In this document: piece by piece, positions 20,075 to 28,986 of the stretch
Layout of the letters: each line of letters starts with the position of its first letter
How positions within the stretch are numbered: position 1 is the stretch's first letter
NCBI GenBank assembly: GCA_947306125.1
Contig: CAMZFO010000002.1
Coordinates: forward strand, 12,366-76,365
Origin: an uncultured Clostridia bacterium
Lineage (GTDB): Bacteria; Bacillota; Clostridia; Christensenellales; CAG-138
Direction: 5' to 3'
Length of the DNA: 64,000 nucleotides
Notes under the pieces: model-generated
Told to the model about the DNA's origin: nothing
What the model saw: only the letters and a program-made list of their open reading frames with translations
The model's database searches: none
Made by a program: the position numbers and the translations under genes

Positions 20075-20545
20075 TTATTCATTCTTTCTTTTATGCGGTT
20101 TTACCGCTCTCTTACCCCTTACCGGGATCCTTGAGGAGACCTCGATCTCTCCGAAGCCGTCGTCCGCCGGGGCTTCGCCGTGCTCTATAAGCACCTTCTC
20201 CCAGTATTCTACAAGCTCGGGAGTAAGCTCCGTCGGCTCATTTTCCGCGTCCCATTCCGCCATCTCAGGGGCTTTTGGAGCGGTCTTTTTATATAGCGGC
20301 GCGGCGCCTCCCGGCTCATTCTCCTTCCGCTTTGCAAGGCTGTTCCCCATTGCGTTAGGCTGCTTGCCGTAGACGTAATCCGCGTTTATTATCCTGCTGC
20401 GCATCTCGTTCCCCTCGTCCTCCATCGCAATGCACCTGCAGCAGTTATCGCATATCTTGTTGGGATCGAGATCACAGCGGTCGCATTCACCGCAGTCATC
20501 GCAGATCTTATCGGGATCGAGCACGCAAATCCGCTTATCTTCCAT
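20075..20545 (-). CDS. hypothetical Cys-rich protein (tandem LDPxKICDxCxxC repeat, acidic middle, basic tail)
   Basis: 156 aa with 9 Cys in residues 7-38 (C-x7-C-x2-C-x2-C-x2-C-x7-C-x2-CC-x-C). A GAGAGG RBS is present. I recognise no family. The gene is divergent from lexA. Confidence 0.55.
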   Translation of the reverse strand: MEDKRICVLDPDKICDDCGECDRCDLDPNKICDNCCRCIAMEDEGNEMRSRIINADYVYGKQPNAMGNSLAKRKENEPGGAAPLYKKTAPKAPEMAEWDAENEPTELTPELVEYWEKVLIEHGEAPADDGFGEIEVSSRIPVRGKRAVKPHKRKNE

Positions 20546-20575
20546 AAAAACCTCTCAATTTATTGGTACAAATGT

Positions 20576-20604
20576 TTGCATTGTTCAAAAAGATGTGGTA
20601 TAAT
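20576..20604 (+). promoter_or_regulatory. sigma-A type extended -10 promoter for lexA
   Basis: TTGCAT (20576-20581), 17 nt, TG-g-TATAAT (20596-20604). A mirror-image TGGTATAAT lies on the minus strand at 20628-20636. Confidence 0.6.
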
Positions 20605-20688
20605 GCTCATTGAACGACCACATCGTTATTATACCACGAACTTACGCGGAGATAAAGACTCCCGGTAAACCTTTTTATGGAGGGGATC

Positions 20689-21360
20689 ATGAGTAAAAAC
20701 GGCGAAACCAGGCTGGCGGTCTATGATTTCATTTACAGCAGGATCAAATCGGGCAATCCCGCGCCTACCGTGCGGGAGATCTGCACGGCGCTTAAGCTGA
20801 AATCCACTTCGACCGCGCATCTTCATTTGACCAATCTGCAGAAGGACGGCTATATCGACTTCGATAAAAATCTGCAGCGCACCGTGAGGCTGACGCAGAA
20901 GATACCGCCTAACACCAAGGCTTTCCGCAAGAACGCCGCCGAGGAACGTGAAAAGAATCAGAGCGTCACCACCTGCAGGCTTCCTCTTGTGGGCAAAGTC
21001 GCGGCGGGTCAGCCCATCCTCGCCTTCGACGATTATCAGGCAGGGTATGCGCTACCCAAGGAGCTGCTTCGTTCGGCCGAACCCTCGGAGACCTTCATGC
21101 TCACCGTTGACGGAGAAAGCATGATCGACGCGGACATTTACAGCGGCGATCTGATAATAGTCACGCGCTCGTTCGAAGTCCGCGACGGGGATATAATCGT
21201 CGCAAGGATAAACGGCGAGTCCGCGACCGTCAAGCGTATTTTCCGCGAAAACGGTCACGTCCGTCTGCAGCCCGAAAACGCGGCGATGGAGCCTATAATC
21301 GTTAAGAGTTCCGAGCTTGAGATCGTCGGAAAGGTGATCGGGCTTATTAGGTCTTATTGA
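20689..21360 (+). CDS. lexA: LexA repressor (SOS regulator, S24 peptidase)
   Basis: It has a winged helix-turn-helix (PTVREICTALKLKSTSTAHLHLTNLQKDGYI), the cleavage site VAAGQP and the Ser/Lys dyad (GESM, VKR). The start at 20689 follows GGAGG; an alternative ATG lies at 20677. Confidence 0.9.
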   Translation: MSKNGETRLAVYDFIYSRIKSGNPAPTVREICTALKLKSTSTAHLHLTNLQKDGYIDFDKNLQRTVRLTQKIPPNTKAFRKNAAEEREKNQSVTTCRLPLVGKVAAGQPILAFDDYQAGYALPKELLRSAEPSETFMLTVDGESMIDADIYSGDLIIVTRSFEVRDGDIIVARINGESATVKRIFRENGHVRLQPENAAMEPIIVKSSELEIVGKVIGLIRSY

Positions 21361-21380
21361 ATACTCAATTGAATTTCGTT

Positions 21381-21418
21381 AAAAACACCGGAGTGCCTTA
21401 CGGCATTCCGGTGTTTTT
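21381..21418. terminator. bidirectional rho-independent terminator
   Basis: A 12-bp GC-rich stem, caccggagtgcc/ggcattccggtg, with aaaaa and ttttt flanks, between convergent lexA and the HAD gene. Confidence 0.85.
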
Positions 21419-21419
21419 C

Positions 21420-22025
21420 TCAAAGTATCGTCAGTAATTCGGAAAGCGTATCTATTTCATAGTCCGGTGTTTCCTCATCGCATGACGGTTTCATATAAAC
21501 GGCAAGTCCTTTTCTTATCCTGACGGTTCGCATACCGAGTTCCTTTGCGGGTCGGATATCATTATCCAATCTATCGCCTATCATGACAGCGTTTTCCGGT
21601 TTGCATCCGGCCATTTCCAAAGCTGTTTTGAATATCCTTGGGTCGGGCTTTGAAACGCCTATCTCCGCTGACGATGCCGTCACTTCAAAGTATTTGCCTA
21701 TTCCCCATGCTTCAAGCCGTTCCTTGGCTCCCGGAAGCTGATTGGCGATCACGCCGAGCTTATAGCCTTTTTCGCATAGAATACGCAGTGTTTCTTCGCA
21801 GTCGTTATAGGGGATCTCATCTTCGCTGTGCCAAGGCGTCTTGGTCAACCCAAATAATTCTATCGTCTTCTCGTCGCCGTTATACCCTTCTTCGGCAAAA
21901 GCTATACGCTTCTCAATAAACTCATCAAGCGTGACCGAAGTGCCGCGTATCATATCCATGATACGATGACGATACGCCTCTTCTTCGTCAACGAGAGTTG
22001 AACCTATATCGAAAAAAATGTACAT
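21420..22025 (-). CDS. HAD-superfamily hydrolase (subfamily IA-like)
   Basis: 201 aa with a motif I-like FFDIGSTL and motif IV GDRLDNDI. Position +2 after the nucleophile is Gly rather than Asp. Confidence 0.65.
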   Translation of the reverse strand: MYIFFDIGSTLVDEEEAYRHRIMDMIRGTSVTLDEFIEKRIAFAEEGYNGDEKTIELFGLTKTPWHSEDEIPYNDCEETLRILCEKGYKLGVIANQLPGAKERLEAWGIGKYFEVTASSAEIGVSKPDPRIFKTALEMAGCKPENAVMIGDRLDNDIRPAKELGMRTVRIRKGLAVYMKPSCDEETPDYEIDTLSELLTIL

Positions 22026-22030
22026 CCCTT

Positions 22031-23263
22031 TTACTTCATCACAGCGTCAAGCACCGCTTCCGCCGCTATCCTGCCGTGCGAATACGTGAGTCCGCCCTGG
22101 ATATAGGCTGTATAGGGCTCGCGTATGGGAGCGTCGGCGGTCAGCTCTATGGAAGCGCCCTGCACGCACGTGCCCGCCGCCATTATGACCTCGTCGGTAT
22201 AGCCGGGCATGGCCCAGGGCTCGGGCACCACGAAGCTGTCCACGGGAGAAACCGACTGGATGACACGGCAGAACTCGATGAGCTGTTCCTTCTTCTCGAA
22301 TCTCAGCGCCTGCACTATGTCCGAGCGCTCGGCGTCAGAAGCGGGCATGCTCATAAGCCCAAGGCTTTCGAATGCGCCTGCGAACAGCGCGGCGGTCTTG
22401 AGCGCCTGACATACGACATGCGGAGCCATAAATATCCCCTGATACATTGGAAGATATCCTCCCGGCCAGCAACCGGCTTCCCTTCCTATGCCGGGAACCG
22501 TGACGCGCGCCGCCGCCGCCTCTATGATATCCTTCCTTCCGGCGATATAACCGCCCGTATGCGCAAGTCCGCCGCCGGGATTCTTGATGAGCGACCCCAT
22601 AATGACGTCCGCTCCGAACGCCGTGGGCTCGTCCTTTTGGGTGAACTCGCCGTAGCAATTATCTACCATTATTATGCTTTTCGGAGAATGCGCCTTAATA
22701 AGATCGAATGCGGGCTTCATCTCGGAAGGCAGGAGCGAATTGCGCCATGCGTATCCCCTCGACCTTTGGAAATAGACTATTTTGGGCTTATCCGCGAGCT
22801 CTTTTTCAAGCGCGGCAAGGTCTATACTGCCCACGGAGTCAAGCTCTATCTGCCTGTATCCAACGCCGAATTCCTTAAGCGATCCGGCGGCGTTCCCTTC
22901 TATGCCAATAGCTTCCACAAGGGTGTCATACGGTCTGCCGGAAGCGGAGAGAATAAAGTCGCCGGGGCGCAGCAGCGCGGAGAGAGCAGCGAAAATAGTA
23001 TGCGTGCCCGAAGAAAACTGCGGCACAACGAGCGCGGCCTCGGCCTGCATCACTTCAGCAAATACTCGGTCGAGCGCATCCCTGCCCTCGTCGTCGTATC
23101 CGTAACCCGTGGTTGGATCAAAATGCCTTGCGGCGATGCGGTTATTGCGGAACGCTTCAAGCACGCGCCTCTGGCACTCGGTTTCGGTCTCCTCCAGTTT
23201 TTTGAAAACAGGGGCGAGCTTGGCCTCCGTTTTTTCTATCAGCAATCTGCTTTTAAGGCTCAT
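22031..23263 (-). CDS. methionine gamma-lyase-family PLP protein (YnbB / aluminium-resistance-protein family)
   Basis: 410 aa. The N-terminus ...RVLEAFRNNRIAARHFDPTTGYGYDDEGRD... and the overall pattern are typical of the YnbB family. Confidence 0.7.
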   Translation of the reverse strand: MSLKSRLLIEKTEAKLAPVFKKLEETETECQRRVLEAFRNNRIAARHFDPTTGYGYDDEGRDALDRVFAEVMQAEAALVVPQFSSGTHTIFAALSALLRPGDFILSASGRPYDTLVEAIGIEGNAAGSLKEFGVGYRQIELDSVGSIDLAALEKELADKPKIVYFQRSRGYAWRNSLLPSEMKPAFDLIKAHSPKSIIMVDNCYGEFTQKDEPTAFGADVIMGSLIKNPGGGLAHTGGYIAGRKDIIEAAAARVTVPGIGREAGCWPGGYLPMYQGIFMAPHVVCQALKTAALFAGAFESLGLMSMPASDAERSDIVQALRFEKKEQLIEFCRVIQSVSPVDSFVVPEPWAMPGYTDEVIMAAGTCVQGASIELTADAPIREPYTAYIQGGLTYSHGRIAAEAVLDAVMK

Positions 23264-23501
23264 TCTTTTCCTCCGTAAATACTTTTATGGGCGTGTCAGG
23301 CGTTATGGTGGAAACGGCGTGCTTATAAATGAGCATCTGCTTGCCGTTGGCTTCGACGAGCATCGAATAATTATCGAAGCTTAACACCCTTGCGCCGTTT
23401 ATCAGATAGCCGTTCGTCACGTATATAGACACAGGGACCTCATCCCTCCTTGCTGTGTTGAGGAACGCGTCCTGCAAGTTCAGCTTATTCTTTTCCTGCA
23501 T
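23253..23501 (-). CDS. hfq: RNA chaperone Hfq
   Basis: 82 aa with Sm1/Sm2 motifs (LQDAFLNTARRDEVPVSIYVTNGYLINGARVLSFDNYSMLV...IYKHAVSTI). It is directly downstream of miaA, as in many bacteria. Confidence 0.92.
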   Translation of the reverse strand: MQEKNKLNLQDAFLNTARRDEVPVSIYVTNGYLINGARVLSFDNYSMLVEANGKQMLIYKHAVSTITPDTPIKVFTEEKNEP

Positions 23502-24453
23502 ACCTATCGCCCCGCTCCCTGAAATACTCTATTATCGCTTCATGCATTTCCGTCCGCGTCGCGTAATCGTCCGCGTCGAACCAGGTTATGCGCTTATCGC
23601 GTTTGAACCACGATATCTGCCTCTTGGCAAAACGCCGCGTTTCCCTCTTTATCAGCTCAACCGCTTCATCGTAGCTTATCTCGTTTTTGAAATACGATAT
23701 GAACTGCTTATAGCCTATCGCCTGAAGCGAGAGCAGCGGGGCTCGTCCCGCGCCCTCCCAAAGCTCCCTTACCTCATCTTCGAGGCCGTTGGTTATCATT
23801 GCGTCCACGCGCCTGTTTATCCTGTCGTACAGAAGCGCTCTGTCCATCGTTATGCCCGCGATCACGGGCTCGAAGGGTATCTCCGCCTCCCTGGCGTTTG
23901 AGAAATCTCCGCCCTGCTCGGTCAGGTTCCTGCCCGTCATCTCGTATACCTCGAGAGCGCGGACGATGCGCTTGTGATCGTTCGGATGGAGCCTTTCCGC
24001 GGAGACGGGATCGACCTCCTTAAGCCGCTCATACAGCGATCCGGGAGAAAGCCTCTCCTCCTCGTCAAGCTTCTCGCGGAGCTGCCTGTCCGGCTTGACC
24101 TCAGTAAAATCAAGCGGATAAAGCAGCGAATTGACATAAAGCCCCGTACCTCCTGCGACTATGGGCGTCCTGCCTCTCGACACAATATCGCGTATCACTT
24201 CCGAGGCGTCCTTTGCAAAGCAGGCGACGTTATAATCGCCGCAGGTGTGATCTACGACGTCTATGAGGTGATGCGGCACGCCGCGCTTCTCCTCCTCCGT
24301 GGGCTTTGCAGAACCCTTCTCGAGGCCGCGATAGATCTGTATCGCGTCTGCGGAGATCACCTCACCGTTCATCGCAAGCGCGGCGGCGACAGCGGCGTCG
24401 GTCTTACCGCTCGCCGTAGGCCCCACTATGAAATAAACCGCCGGCTTTGACAT
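23485..24453 (-). CDS. miaA: tRNA dimethylallyltransferase
   Basis: 322 aa with the P-loop GPTASGKTD, plus SADAIQIYRGL and PHHLID. Confidence 0.92.
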   Translation of the reverse strand: MSKPAVYFIVGPTASGKTDAAVAAALAMNGEVISADAIQIYRGLEKGSAKPTEEEKRGVPHHLIDVVDHTCGDYNVACFAKDASEVIRDIVSRGRTPIVAGGTGLYVNSLLYPLDFTEVKPDRQLREKLDEEERLSPGSLYERLKEVDPVSAERLHPNDHKRIVRALEVYEMTGRNLTEQGGDFSNAREAEIPFEPVIAGITMDRALLYDRINRRVDAMITNGLEDEVRELWEGAGRAPLLSLQAIGYKQFISYFKNEISYDEAVELIKRETRRFAKRQISWFKRDKRITWFDADDYATRTEMHEAIIEYFRERGDRYAGKE

Positions 24454-26372
24454 CAGACTATCCTCTTGAACATCTTCTCGAATTCGCGTTTGGTGTACCT
24501 TATCATTACCGGCCTTCCGTGCGGGCAGGTGAGCGGCGTGGAACCATCGGCATAATGCGAAAGGAGCGATTCTATGCTCGCGTTGTCTATGGGCTGTCCC
24601 GCCTTTATCGCGTGCTTGCAGGACGATTGGATCAGCGCGCCGCGCACTACGTCAAGCTCCGTCACGCTTCCCTGCTTGACTATAGTGCCTATCATATCGT
24701 GTATCAGCCTTTCTATTGATTCGGTTTTCGTTCCGGTCGGCACGGCATGTATGCTTACGGAGAGCGCGCCGAACTCCTCTATCTCGAAGCCGAGCTCGCG
24801 GAATCTTTCGATATTGTCCATAAGGCAGGCGTATTCCGTCGGAGTCAGCTTCATAACGTGAGAGGTCAAAAGCAGCTGTGAATCGAATCTCAGCTCGTCC
24901 CTTATCAGCTTTTCATAATTTATGCGCTCATGGGCGGCATGCTGATCTATGATATAGACGGATTCGCCCTGCTCTACGAATATGTAGGTGTTGAAAGCGA
25001 CGCCGATTATGCGGAACGCGGTCATATCAAACCTCACAGGCTCCGCTTTCTCGATCGGCTCCTGCTTTTTGGGTGGCGTAAAATCGTAATGGACCACTCC
25101 GTTGAGGTCTATCCGTTCCGCCGCCGCTCCCGCTGTTCCGCTGTCCTGAACGAAGAACACCTCGCTTTGAGGCTCGGCTTTGGCGGCAGCTTCGGGCTTT
25201 ATGCCGTCGGAAGCTTCGGCGGCCTTTTCACCGGCTTTTTCGGTTTCGTTCAGGGGCTCCGCTTCCTTTACCGCATCGTTAAGGAAGGAGTAATACTCCC
25301 TTTCCCTATCGCTCCTGAAAACGGAATACACGTCCTCCGCCGCGGGCTGAGACGCTTCCGCAGCATCGGGCAAAACGGTCTCGTTCTCAAGCGCGTTTTT
25401 GACCGCAAGCATCACTGCCGAGGCTATACGCTCCTCGTCGCGGAATCTCACGGTGAGCTTGTTCGGATGGACGTTAACGTCCACCTCGCGCGGCGATATC
25501 CTAACGGAAAGCACGAGGAACGGGAATCTGCCCGTCATAAGCCTCGTATTATACGCCCTCTGCGCCGCATAGCTGATCTGCTGTGAGCGGATATAACGGC
25601 CGTTCACGAAAACGCTCTGCTGCACCCTGTTGCTCTTCGAAACGTATTCGTCCCCGCAGAAGCCTTCTATCAGCACGTAACCGTCGTCATAATAAACGCG
25701 CTTCAAATGCTCGGAAATATCTCCGCCGTATACGCAGAGTATCGCGTTTTCAAGCGACCCGTCGCCCGCGCTGTGAAAAACGGGCTTACCGCCGCTTATG
25801 AATTTGAATGAAACGCCTGTATTTCCGAGTATCAGGCGGAGCATATAGTCGCCGACTGCGGCGGCCTCCGCTCTTGCGGATTTTAAAAATTTAAGCCTTG
25901 CGGGCACATTATAAAACAGCTCGCCGACCTCTATCGATGTCCCCGGCGGGCATCCGCAGGGAGAGGAGTCTTTAACTAAGCCGCCGTCTATTTTTATTAG
26001 CGTACCGTATTCGTCCCCCTCCGTGCGCGTTCTCATCGAGACGTGCGATACAGCCGCAATGGACGCCAGGGCTTCTCCGCGGAAGCCGAGCGTTTCTATG
26101 CCGTCGAGGCCTTCTACGCTGTTGAGCTTGCTCGTCGCGTGACGAAGGAACGCGGTCGAAACGTCGTCTGCGGCAATACCGCATCCGTTATCCGTGACTC
26201 TTATGTATTCCGTACCGCCCTCTCTGATCTCGACCGTAACGGATGACGCCCCTGCGTCGAGGGAGTTTTCAACGAGCTCCTTAACGACGGACGCGGGCCT
26301 TTCGACCACCTCTCCCGCAGCGATCTTGTTCGCAAGCTGGGGATCGAGCACTTGTATCCTTCTAACTATCAT
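24453..26372 (-). CDS. mutL: DNA mismatch repair protein MutL
   Basis: 639 aa with a GHKL ATPase N-terminus (IAAGEVVERPASVVKELVENSLDA, GFRGEAL) and a C-terminal dimerisation/endonuclease domain. Confidence 0.93.
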   Translation of the reverse strand: MIVRRIQVLDPQLANKIAAGEVVERPASVVKELVENSLDAGASSVTVEIREGGTEYIRVTDNGCGIAADDVSTAFLRHATSKLNSVEGLDGIETLGFRGEALASIAAVSHVSMRTRTEGDEYGTLIKIDGGLVKDSSPCGCPPGTSIEVGELFYNVPARLKFLKSARAEAAAVGDYMLRLILGNTGVSFKFISGGKPVFHSAGDGSLENAILCVYGGDISEHLKRVYYDDGYVLIEGFCGDEYVSKSNRVQQSVFVNGRYIRSQQISYAAQRAYNTRLMTGRFPFLVLSVRISPREVDVNVHPNKLTVRFRDEERIASAVMLAVKNALENETVLPDAAEASQPAAEDVYSVFRSDREREYYSFLNDAVKEAEPLNETEKAGEKAAEASDGIKPEAAAKAEPQSEVFFVQDSGTAGAAAERIDLNGVVHYDFTPPKKQEPIEKAEPVRFDMTAFRIIGVAFNTYIFVEQGESVYIIDQHAAHERINYEKLIRDELRFDSQLLLTSHVMKLTPTEYACLMDNIERFRELGFEIEEFGALSVSIHAVPTGTKTESIERLIHDMIGTIVKQGSVTELDVVRGALIQSSCKHAIKAGQPIDNASIESLLSHYADGSTPLTCPHGRPVMIRYTKREFEKMFKRIV

Positions 26373-28972
26373 AGCTTTGCCCTCGTACTGAGTTCATAGA
26401 GTTTGCTCAGGGCTTCCATAGGCGTCAGGGTGTTTACGTCTATCTTTCGAAGCTCTTCGAGTATGTCCTCGCTGTCCGTAGAACCCAAAAGCGACACCTG
26501 CTCCGCAAGCGTATCGCGCACCCTTGAAGCTGCGTTATTGATATCCGAAGCCTCGAGCTGAAGCAGTATCTCCTTCGCACGCTCTATAAGGCTGTAAGGA
26601 AGCCCCGCAAGCCTTGCGACCTGTATTCCGAAGCTCTTATCGGCTCCGCCCCTCATGATCCGGCGCAGGAATATGATCTCGTCGCCGTGCTCCTTGACGG
26701 TTATCCTGTAATTGCTGACGCCTTCTAGCTTGCCCTCAAGCTCCGTCAACTCGTGGTAATGGGTCGCAAACAGCGCCTTGGCGCCGCATTTGCGCTTGTC
26801 CGCGATGTGCTCCACTACCGCCCATGCGATGCTGAGGCCGTCGAACGTGGAGGTGCCCCTGCCTATCTCGTCTATTATGAGCAGGCTTCGGGAGGTGGCG
26901 TTATTCAGGATATTCGCCATCTCGGTCATCTCCACCATAAAAGTGGATTGACCGGTGGAAAGGCTGTCGGAGGCGCCGACTCTTGTGAATATCTTGTCCG
27001 TCAGGCAGATATTCGCGGATTTGGCGGGCACGAAGGAACCCATATGCGCCATGAGCACGATCAGCGCCACCTGACGCATATAGGTGCTCTTGCCCGCCAT
27101 ATTGGGGCCCGTCAGTATTACTATGCGCTCATCCTTATCGTCAAGCTCCGTGGAGTTCGGTATGAATGCGTCTTTAACGCTTCGCTCCACTATCGGATGA
27201 CGGCCGTCGACTATCTTCAGCTTGCCCGACTTTGAAAGCTTCGGACGGCAGTAATCGTAATCGACGGCAGCCTTCGCCAGAGAGGAATAGCAATCGAGCT
27301 GTGCTATAAGCAGTGAATCGTTCTTCAGGCGGTCTATGCAGTCGAGCAGCACCTTCCTGATATCGCAGAAGATCGAATATTCAAGGCTGATGCTTTTTTC
27401 CTCCGCGCCGAGGATGCGTTCCTCAAGCGACTTGAGCTCGGGAGTGACGTAGCGTTCGGCGTTGGCAAGCGTCTGCTTGCGCTGATAATCGAGCGGAACG
27501 AACTGTTTATTGGAATTGGTGACCTCTATATAGTAGCCGAAAACGCGGTTGTAGCCTATCTTGAGATTCTTTATGCCCGTGCGTTCGCGCTCGCGGCACT
27601 CAAGCTCGGCAAGGCTGCCCCTGCCGCCATGGGAAAGCGCCCGGAGCTCGTCCACTTCGGAATTATACCCCTCGCGGATTATGCCGCCGTCCTTCACGGA
27701 AAGCGGGGGCTCTTCGACTATAGCGCTGTCAAGAAGCATCCTTATATCGTCCATGGGATCGATATGCTCGGCTATGTCGTTAATCGCCGCACAGTCCTTG
27801 AGCATCATCAGCACAGCATAGATATCCGGCACCTTTGCGAGCGTCTTCCTCAGCGAGTCGCAGTCCCTTGCGTTCACCGTGCCGTATGCGATCCTGCTGC
27901 AAAGCCTCTCGATATCGTAAACTCCGTCGAGCGCCTGCTTCAAAAGCTCATGCTCCCGCCTGTGAGCTGTCAGCGATTCCACCGCGTCCAGCCTGTGATT
28001 TATTTCTTCGATGGACTGCAAGGGCTGATCCACCCAGCTCCGCAGGAGCCTTGCACCCATGGAGGTCTCGGTCTTGTCAAGTATTCCCAAAAGTGTATTC
28101 TTTTTACTGCCGTCGTAGCGCAGAGGAACTGTGAGCTCGAGATTGCGTCTCGTAGCCGCGTCGATGCCCATGTATTCTTCGGGAAGCACGACCCTTATCC
28201 TCGTTATATGCGAAAGAGCGTTCTTCTGCGTATCCTCAAGGTAGCGCATGAGAGCTCCCGCGGCTGCGACGGCCATCGACTTATCAGATATTCCGTAGCC
28301 CGCAAGCGTAACGACCTTGAAATGCTCGCAAAGCGTCTTCTGCCCGCGCTCGATATCGAAGAACCTCTGCTCCTTCTTATCGGTATAATAATGAGAGGTT
28401 ATGTGCTTAGCCAGGGCTTCCCGAGTGAAAAGGAATTCGTTTGCGACTATCTCGCGCGGGGATATCCTCGTAAGCTGATCTATTAGCTCCTGCTGAGATC
28501 TTTCACCCGTCAACTCCATGGTATAGAAATCGCCGGTCGAAACGTCGCACCAGGCAAGCTCGAACACTCCGTTGGCAGCGTAAACGGAGAGGATATAATT
28601 ATTCGCGTTGTCCGGGAGCATCTGCTCCTCGATCACCGTGCCCGGAGTGATGACCCTGATAACGTCCCTCTCGACGAGCCCCTTTGCAAGCGCGGGATCC
28701 TCAAGCTGCTCGCAGATGGCGACTTTATAGCCCTTTTCTATCAGACGGTCTATATAGCTGTTGACCGAATGATAGGGCACGCCGCACATCGGAGCGCGCT
28801 CGGCCATGCCGCAATCGCGCCCGGTCAGAACTATTTCAAGCTCCCTCGAGGCGGTCAGAGCGTCGTCAAAGAACATCTCATAAAAATCACCGAGCCTGAA
28901 AAAAAGCAGACAATCGCTGTATTTTTCCTTAAGCTCAAGATATTGCTGCATCATCGGAGTCAAAGAAGCCAT
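26369..28972 (-). CDS. mutS: DNA mismatch repair protein MutS
   Basis: 867 aa starting TPMMQQYLELK (the mismatch-binding domain includes GDFYE), with Walker A GPNMAGKST and STF. Confidence 0.95.
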   Translation of the reverse strand: MASLTPMMQQYLELKEKYSDCLLFFRLGDFYEMFFDDALTASRELEIVLTGRDCGMAERAPMCGVPYHSVNSYIDRLIEKGYKVAICEQLEDPALAKGLVERDVIRVITPGTVIEEQMLPDNANNYILSVYAANGVFELAWCDVSTGDFYTMELTGERSQQELIDQLTRISPREIVANEFLFTREALAKHITSHYYTDKKEQRFFDIERGQKTLCEHFKVVTLAGYGISDKSMAVAAAGALMRYLEDTQKNALSHITRIRVVLPEEYMGIDAATRRNLELTVPLRYDGSKKNTLLGILDKTETSMGARLLRSWVDQPLQSIEEINHRLDAVESLTAHRREHELLKQALDGVYDIERLCSRIAYGTVNARDCDSLRKTLAKVPDIYAVLMMLKDCAAINDIAEHIDPMDDIRMLLDSAIVEEPPLSVKDGGIIREGYNSEVDELRALSHGGRGSLAELECRERERTGIKNLKIGYNRVFGYYIEVTNSNKQFVPLDYQRKQTLANAERYVTPELKSLEERILGAEEKSISLEYSIFCDIRKVLLDCIDRLKNDSLLIAQLDCYSSLAKAAVDYDYCRPKLSKSGKLKIVDGRHPIVERSVKDAFIPNSTELDDKDERIVILTGPNMAGKSTYMRQVALIVLMAHMGSFVPAKSANICLTDKIFTRVGASDSLSTGQSTFMVEMTEMANILNNATSRSLLIIDEIGRGTSTFDGLSIAWAVVEHIADKRKCGAKALFATHYHELTELEGKLEGVSNYRITVKEHGDEIIFLRRIMRGGADKSFGIQVARLAGLPYSLIERAKEILLQLEASDINNAASRVRDTLAEQVSLLGSTDSEDILEELRKIDVNTLTPMEALSKLYELSTRAKL

Positions 28973-28986
28973 TTTTCCACCCTTTA

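Noticed and set aside
20546-20688. Canonical Firmicute LexA (Cheo) box GAAC-N4-GTTC upstream of lexA
   Set aside because: It was not found. GAAC occurs at 20612 and 20637 but without a correctly spaced GTTC partner. Only a degenerate GTAC-N4-GTTT site is present, and it is reported as a low-confidence finding instead.
21998-23278. 426-aa + strand ORF opposite the ynbB-like gene
   Set aside because: It is an antisense shadow ORF. The product is Arg/Gly/Leu-rich with no motifs, whereas the sense gene has clear family features and operon context.
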